In this document: positions 16,679-20,000 of the stretch, one piece after another
Layout of the letters: each line of letters opens with the position of its first letter
Position numbering within the stretch: the stretch's first letter is position 1
Source of the DNA: an uncultured virus (IMG/VR IMGVR_UViG_3300021963_000092)
Lineage: Duplodnaviria > Heunggongvirae > Uroviricota > Caudoviricetes
Direction: 5' to 3' (one strand)
DNA length: 20,000 bases
Virus record (IMG/VR): IMGVR_UViG_3300021963_000092
Location: 56,847-76,846 of that record
Notes under the pieces: model-generated
Told to the model about the DNA's origin: nothing
The model's database searches: none
The model's input: the letters and a program-made list of their open reading frames with translations, nothing else
Made by a program: the position numbers and the translations under genes

Positions 16679-17515
16679 ATGTCCAAGATAAAAATAGCAG
16701 AACTGTTTTACTCTATTCAGGGTGAAGGGCGGTACATGGGCGTACCGTCTGTGTTTCTCCGTACCTTCGGTTGTAACTTTACTTGCTCAGGCTTCGGTAT
16801 GCCTATAGGTGAAGTTTCTACTGAGCGTGATATAATCGCTACCGATGCAAAGTCTTTCAAAAAATACGAAGAGTTACCTTTAGTCTCTACAGGATGTGAT
16901 TCTTACGCATCTTGGGACGTAAGGTTTAAACATCTTTCACCGATGCTGTCGGTTGAAACTATCGTAGAAAAGATTATACAATTACTTCCCCATGGTGTAT
17001 GGGATGGAGAGCATTTAGTTATAACTGGTGGGGAACCACTTCTCGGGTGGCAACGAGCTTACCCGGCTTTGTTAGAAAACGAAAAGATGATGACGTTGAC
17101 AGATGTCACTTTTGAAACTAACGGAACACAAGTAATTACTGAAGAACTTGAGCGTTCACTTTACGGTTTTAAATGGGATGGTATCACATTTTCCGTATCA
17201 CCTAAACTACCGGTCTCAGGTGAAAAATGGGAAGATGCTATTCTACCGGATATCGTAGCATCTTATGAAGAGGTAGGGTATACTTATCTTAAGTTTGTGG
17301 TAGCAACAAAAGAAGATGCAGAGGATGCCGAGAAAGCTGTTAAACTATACAGGCAAGCTGGGTTTAAAGGTCCTGTATACTTGATGCCCGTAGGTGGTGT
17401 GGAATCAGTATATCATCTCAATAATCGAACAGTAGCTGAGATGGCTATGAAGAGAGGATGGAGATATTCAGATAGATTGCAGGTTCCTCTTTTCAAAAAC
17501 GAGTGGGGAACTTAA
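16679..17515 (+). CDS. queE: 7-carboxy-7-deazaguanine synthase (radical SAM)
   Basis: ELFYSIQGEG..MG.PSVFLR.FGCN..C, GCDS, VITGGEPLL, FETNGT, SVSPKL, LKFVV, VYLMP and YSDRLQ; adjacent to folE. Confidence 0.9.
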   Translation: MSKIKIAELFYSIQGEGRYMGVPSVFLRTFGCNFTCSGFGMPIGEVSTERDIIATDAKSFKKYEELPLVSTGCDSYASWDVRFKHLSPMLSVETIVEKIIQLLPHGVWDGEHLVITGGEPLLGWQRAYPALLENEKMMTLTDVTFETNGTQVITEELERSLYGFKWDGITFSVSPKLPVSGEKWEDAILPDIVASYEEVGYTYLKFVVATKEDAEDAEKAVKLYRQAGFKGPVYLMPVGGVESVYHLNNRTVAEMAMKRGWRYSDRLQVPLFKNEWGT

Positions 17516-17533
17516 TTAACTAAGGAGTAAAGT

Positions 17534-18211
17534 ATGTCGTTTCAAAAAGGTAAAACCGATGCCGAGCTCGGTTATAAAGTGGAAGAGTATTTAAAATCGA
17601 AAGGGGTTCATACCCCTACGCTGATTGATCCTCTTCTTAAGAAAGAAGAATGGAAGATTAAAAAGATCGAAAAATATTTTACATCTATTATGGAAACTTT
17701 GGGTTTAGATCTTCAAGATGATTCTCTTATTGATACCCCTAAACGTGTTGCAAAGATGTATGTAAATGAAATTTTCTGGGGGTTGAAACCAGATAATTTT
17801 CCTAAGGTAACTGTAATTCAGAATAAGATGGGTTACGATGAGATGGTAATTGAAAAAGACATTACATTAATGTCTAACTGCGAACATCATTTTGTAACTA
17901 TTGACGGTAAAGCCCATATAGCATATATTCCTAAAGATAAAGTTCTCGGTTTGTCTAAGCTTAATCGTATCGTTGAATATTTTGCTCGACGACCGCAGGT
18001 CCAAGAACGCATTGCTGAGCAAGTATATCATTCTCTTGCATTTATTCTTGGTACTGAGGATATTGCAGTTGTTATTGAAGGGGTTCATTATTGTGTAAAG
18101 TCGAGAGGGGTGGAAGATCATTCCTCTTATACTTACACTGCTAAGCTGGGTGGGTGTTTTAGAACTGAACCTGAAGCCCGTGCTGAGTTTATGTCTTTAA
18201 TTAAACGCTAA
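17534..18211 (+). CDS. folE: GTP cyclohydrolase I
   Basis: DDSL.DTP.RVAKM, S.CEHHF (Zn ligands), GLSKLNRIV..FARRPQVQER and HYCV..RGV. SD AAGGAG lies upstream. Confidence 0.96.
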   Translation: MSFQKGKTDAELGYKVEEYLKSKGVHTPTLIDPLLKKEEWKIKKIEKYFTSIMETLGLDLQDDSLIDTPKRVAKMYVNEIFWGLKPDNFPKVTVIQNKMGYDEMVIEKDITLMSNCEHHFVTIDGKAHIAYIPKDKVLGLSKLNRIVEYFARRPQVQERIAEQVYHSLAFILGTEDIAVVIEGVHYCVKSRGVEDHSSYTYTAKLGGCFRTEPEARAEFMSLIKR

Positions 18212-18212
18212 T

Positions 18213-18650
18213 ATGACCTGGTATAATAATTCAGAAGGTAGATACGGTACTAACGGAGCCAAAGGGGACGAGGGTGAAGAGATTGTTCGTATTTACTGTG
18301 AGCATAATAAGCTTAATTACGAACACAAAGTAGATCCTAACAGTCAAGTTAATTTAAAGATTGACTTTATTATTAATGGTGTACCGGTAGATGTAAAGTC
18401 CAATTATTTTAAAGGTTACCTTGGTGTTGAACTTTATAATAAAAGACGTGAAAATGTTGGGTGGATATATTCATCTGCAGCAAAAGAAATTTATGGTGTA
18501 GATACTGAAACAAAATCCATCTACCGTTATAAAGTTAATGATATGATAGATTATATACGGGCAAATTTATCTAGGAAAAAACCTAATAAATTTGGTGATT
18601 TATTGTTGTGGGTCCCAGTAAAAACAGAGATAATTGAGCAATTACAATGA
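18213..18650 (+). CDS. PD-(D/E)XK superfamily nuclease-like protein (145 aa)
   Basis: Helix G..GE (motif I), KIDF (motif II), VDVKS (motif III), followed by VE...N...GW, the restriction-endonuclease-like core. Confidence 0.6.
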   Translation: MTWYNNSEGRYGTNGAKGDEGEEIVRIYCEHNKLNYEHKVDPNSQVNLKIDFIINGVPVDVKSNYFKGYLGVELYNKRRENVGWIYSSAAKEIYGVDTETKSIYRYKVNDMIDYIRANLSRKKPNKFGDLLLWVPVKTEIIEQLQ

Positions 18651-19456
18651 AAATTTCACATGAATCCCCTCTATCGATGCTCGAACATTCGAGAGTGTAT
18701 AATGACTATGATTATTGTTTAGTACACCTTCTAGATGAAATACCACAATATCATGAGTTCTTTGTTGATTCTCTTAAAATGGGTCGAGAGGTTATTTTAG
18801 ATAACTCGATATTCGAATTAGGAACTGCATTCGATATGAATAAGTATGCAGAGTGGGTTAAGAAACTAGTTCCAACCGAATATATTCTTCCAGATGCGTT
18901 AGAAGATAGTATCTCTACTATTACTAATGCGGTTAAATGGAAGACTACTTATGCAGATAGTATTCCACAGCAATGTAAAAGTATTGGAGTGGCTCAGGGT
19001 AGATCATATGAAGAAATTGTTGGCTGTTATCGGTATCTAGATGAAATAATCAACGTAGATAAGTTGGCTATTTCTTTTGATTATTCTTATTATCAAAAAG
19101 TATTTCCACACCCTAATAAGTGGGTATCATTTGCGCTAGGCCGAGTTCATGTACTGAGTAGGATGTTGGAAGAAGGTATTATAAATCAAAGTAAACCACA
19201 TCATCTGTTAGGTTGTTCTCTTCCTATTGAATTCCTATTTTATCGTAACGGGTTTGATTGGATAGAATCAGTCGATACATCTAACCCTATAGTACATGGT
19301 CTAAAAAATATAATGTATGAATCTACCGGTCTGATGACTAAAGAATCTACCAAGCTGGTTAACCTTATTAATGCTCAACCTGATAATATTTCTTCTGATA
19401 TTATTGACTTGAATATTGATGTGTTTAGACAAATTGTAACAGGAGATTATGAGTGA
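18647..19456 (+). CDS. Divergent tRNA-guanine-transglycosylase-like TIM barrel; candidate DpdA-type 7-deazaguanine insertion enzyme
   Basis: TGT-like motifs in the correct order: ILDNSIFE (cf. DSGGFQ), ILPD, GVAQG, HHLLG, SVDTS. It lacks the CxCxxC zinc site and sits in an operon with queE and folE. Confidence 0.72.
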   Translation: MKISHESPLSMLEHSRVYNDYDYCLVHLLDEIPQYHEFFVDSLKMGREVILDNSIFELGTAFDMNKYAEWVKKLVPTEYILPDALEDSISTITNAVKWKTTYADSIPQQCKSIGVAQGRSYEEIVGCYRYLDEIINVDKLAISFDYSYYQKVFPHPNKWVSFALGRVHVLSRMLEEGIINQSKPHHLLGCSLPIEFLFYRNGFDWIESVDTSNPIVHGLKNIMYESTGLMTKESTKLVNLINAQPDNISSDIIDLNIDVFRQIVTGDYE

Positions 19457-20000
19457 AATGGATTGCATTTTTTAGTCAGACCGGTTCTGAGATTGTTCAG
19501 TTATCCCAATCTTTAAACAAAGTACCGGATTTAATTGCTACTAATAATTACGAGACGACATTAAAAATTAACCCTAAGCTTAGAATGATTGGTGCGCCGA
19601 TTCAGTATGGCAGTCACGATATGCTGATGACCTTCTTACGAGAACAGACCCTTTGGCGACCCTGTGATACTATAATTACCCTGCATGGATATCTTCGACT
19701 TGTACCACAAGACGTTTGTGAAATGTATGAGATTTATAATGGCCACCCTGCAGCTATTGATATCTACCCAGAACTCAAAGGTAAGGACCCGCAAGTAAGA
19801 ACATGGGAGGGTAAATATAATACTCTGGGATCAGTAGTTCATAGAGTAATACCTGAAGTAGATGCTGGTGAGATTTATACTAAGAAGCACCAAAAGAATC
19901 TGGCAAAAAACTTAGATGAAGTATATGGAACTTTAAAGGAATTGTCATTACAATCGTGGACACAATTCATGAGGATGAGAACTAATGCGCATTGGAATAA
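19453..20000 (+). CDS. PurN/GART-like formyltransferase (GTG start, 3'-truncated by the window; absent from the ORF track)
   Basis: Translated by hand: MKWIAFFSQTGSEI...TLHGYLRLVP...IYNGHPAAI..YPELKGKDPQ...GSVVHRVIPEVDAGEI. This matches the formyltransferase motifs SGxGSN, G(Y/F)(M/L)R, NxHP and HxV...DxG. SD AGGAG lies at 19441-19445, and the start overlaps the upstream stop (GTGA). Confidence 0.85.
   Translation, partial: MKWIAFFSQTGSEIVQLSQSLNKVPDLIATNNYETTLKINPKLRMIGAPIQYGSHDMLMTFLREQTLWRPCDTIITLHGYLRLVPQDVCEMYEIYNGHPAAIDIYPELKGKDPQVRTWEGKYNTLGSVVHRVIPEVDAGEIYTKKHQKNLAKNLDEVYGTLKELSLQSWTQFMRMRTNAHWN
19985..20000 (+). CDS. Probable start of the next, overlapping gene (MRIGI...)
   Basis: ATG at 19985 with GAGGA at 19971-19975; only 5 codons are visible. 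Confidence 0.35.

Noticed and set aside
16674..16681. CATAAATG as a late promoter for queE
   Set aside because: It has two mismatches to the consensus and overlaps the start codon, so a transcript would begin inside the gene.
502..18121. All minus-strand ORFs in the track (e.g. 502-726, 3078-3509, 4894-5184, 9442-9732, 11813-12190, 12563-12898, 17867-18121)
   Set aside because: They lie antisense to well-conserved phage genes and show no recognisable motifs. They are best explained as shadow ORFs.
17534..18211. folE as a purely folate-related auxiliary metabolic gene, or as queF
   Set aside because: The CEHH/HxC zinc ligands identify FolE rather than QueF, and the context (queE, TGT-like gene) favours deazaguanine synthesis.
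1..20000. tRNA, rRNA, CRISPR array, integrase or transposase
   Set aside because: Intergenic gaps are all under about 80 bp, and I saw no cloverleaf, repeat-spacer pattern or recombinase motifs.

Overview
This window is a contiguous, all plus-strand segment of a T4-like (non-T-even, 'exo/far-T4' type) myovirus genome. Bases 1-12,836 hold the conserved virion morphogenesis block: gp14, gp15, gp16, gp17, gp18, gp19, gp20, small core gene(s), gp21, gp22, gp23 and a gp3-like gene. It has T4-type late promoters (TATAAATA/GATAAATA) and a strong terminator after the capsid gene. Next come an inserted GT-A glycosyltransferase-like gene, uvsY, uvsW, a hypothetical gene and the late sigma factor gp55. 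From 16.6 kb, where gp47/gp46 commonly follow gp55, there is a separately promoted, tightly coupled 7-deazaguanine DNA-modification operon: queE, folE, a PD-(D/E)XK nuclease, a divergent TGT/DpdA-like TIM barrel and a PurN-like formyltransferase. The formyltransferase is missing from the ORF track and runs off the window end. The most interesting signals are: (i) this operon, which predicts a formylated preQ1-type base in the phage DNA, with an embedded nuclease that could discriminate unmodified DNA; (ii) a compact hairpin plus A-rich tail in the queE leader resembling a variant preQ1-I riboswitch; (iii) a modular head polyprotein punctuated by prohead-protease-like sites; and (iv) two apparently leaderless transcripts. 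All assignments come from motif recognition and synteny by eye; no database searches were run.
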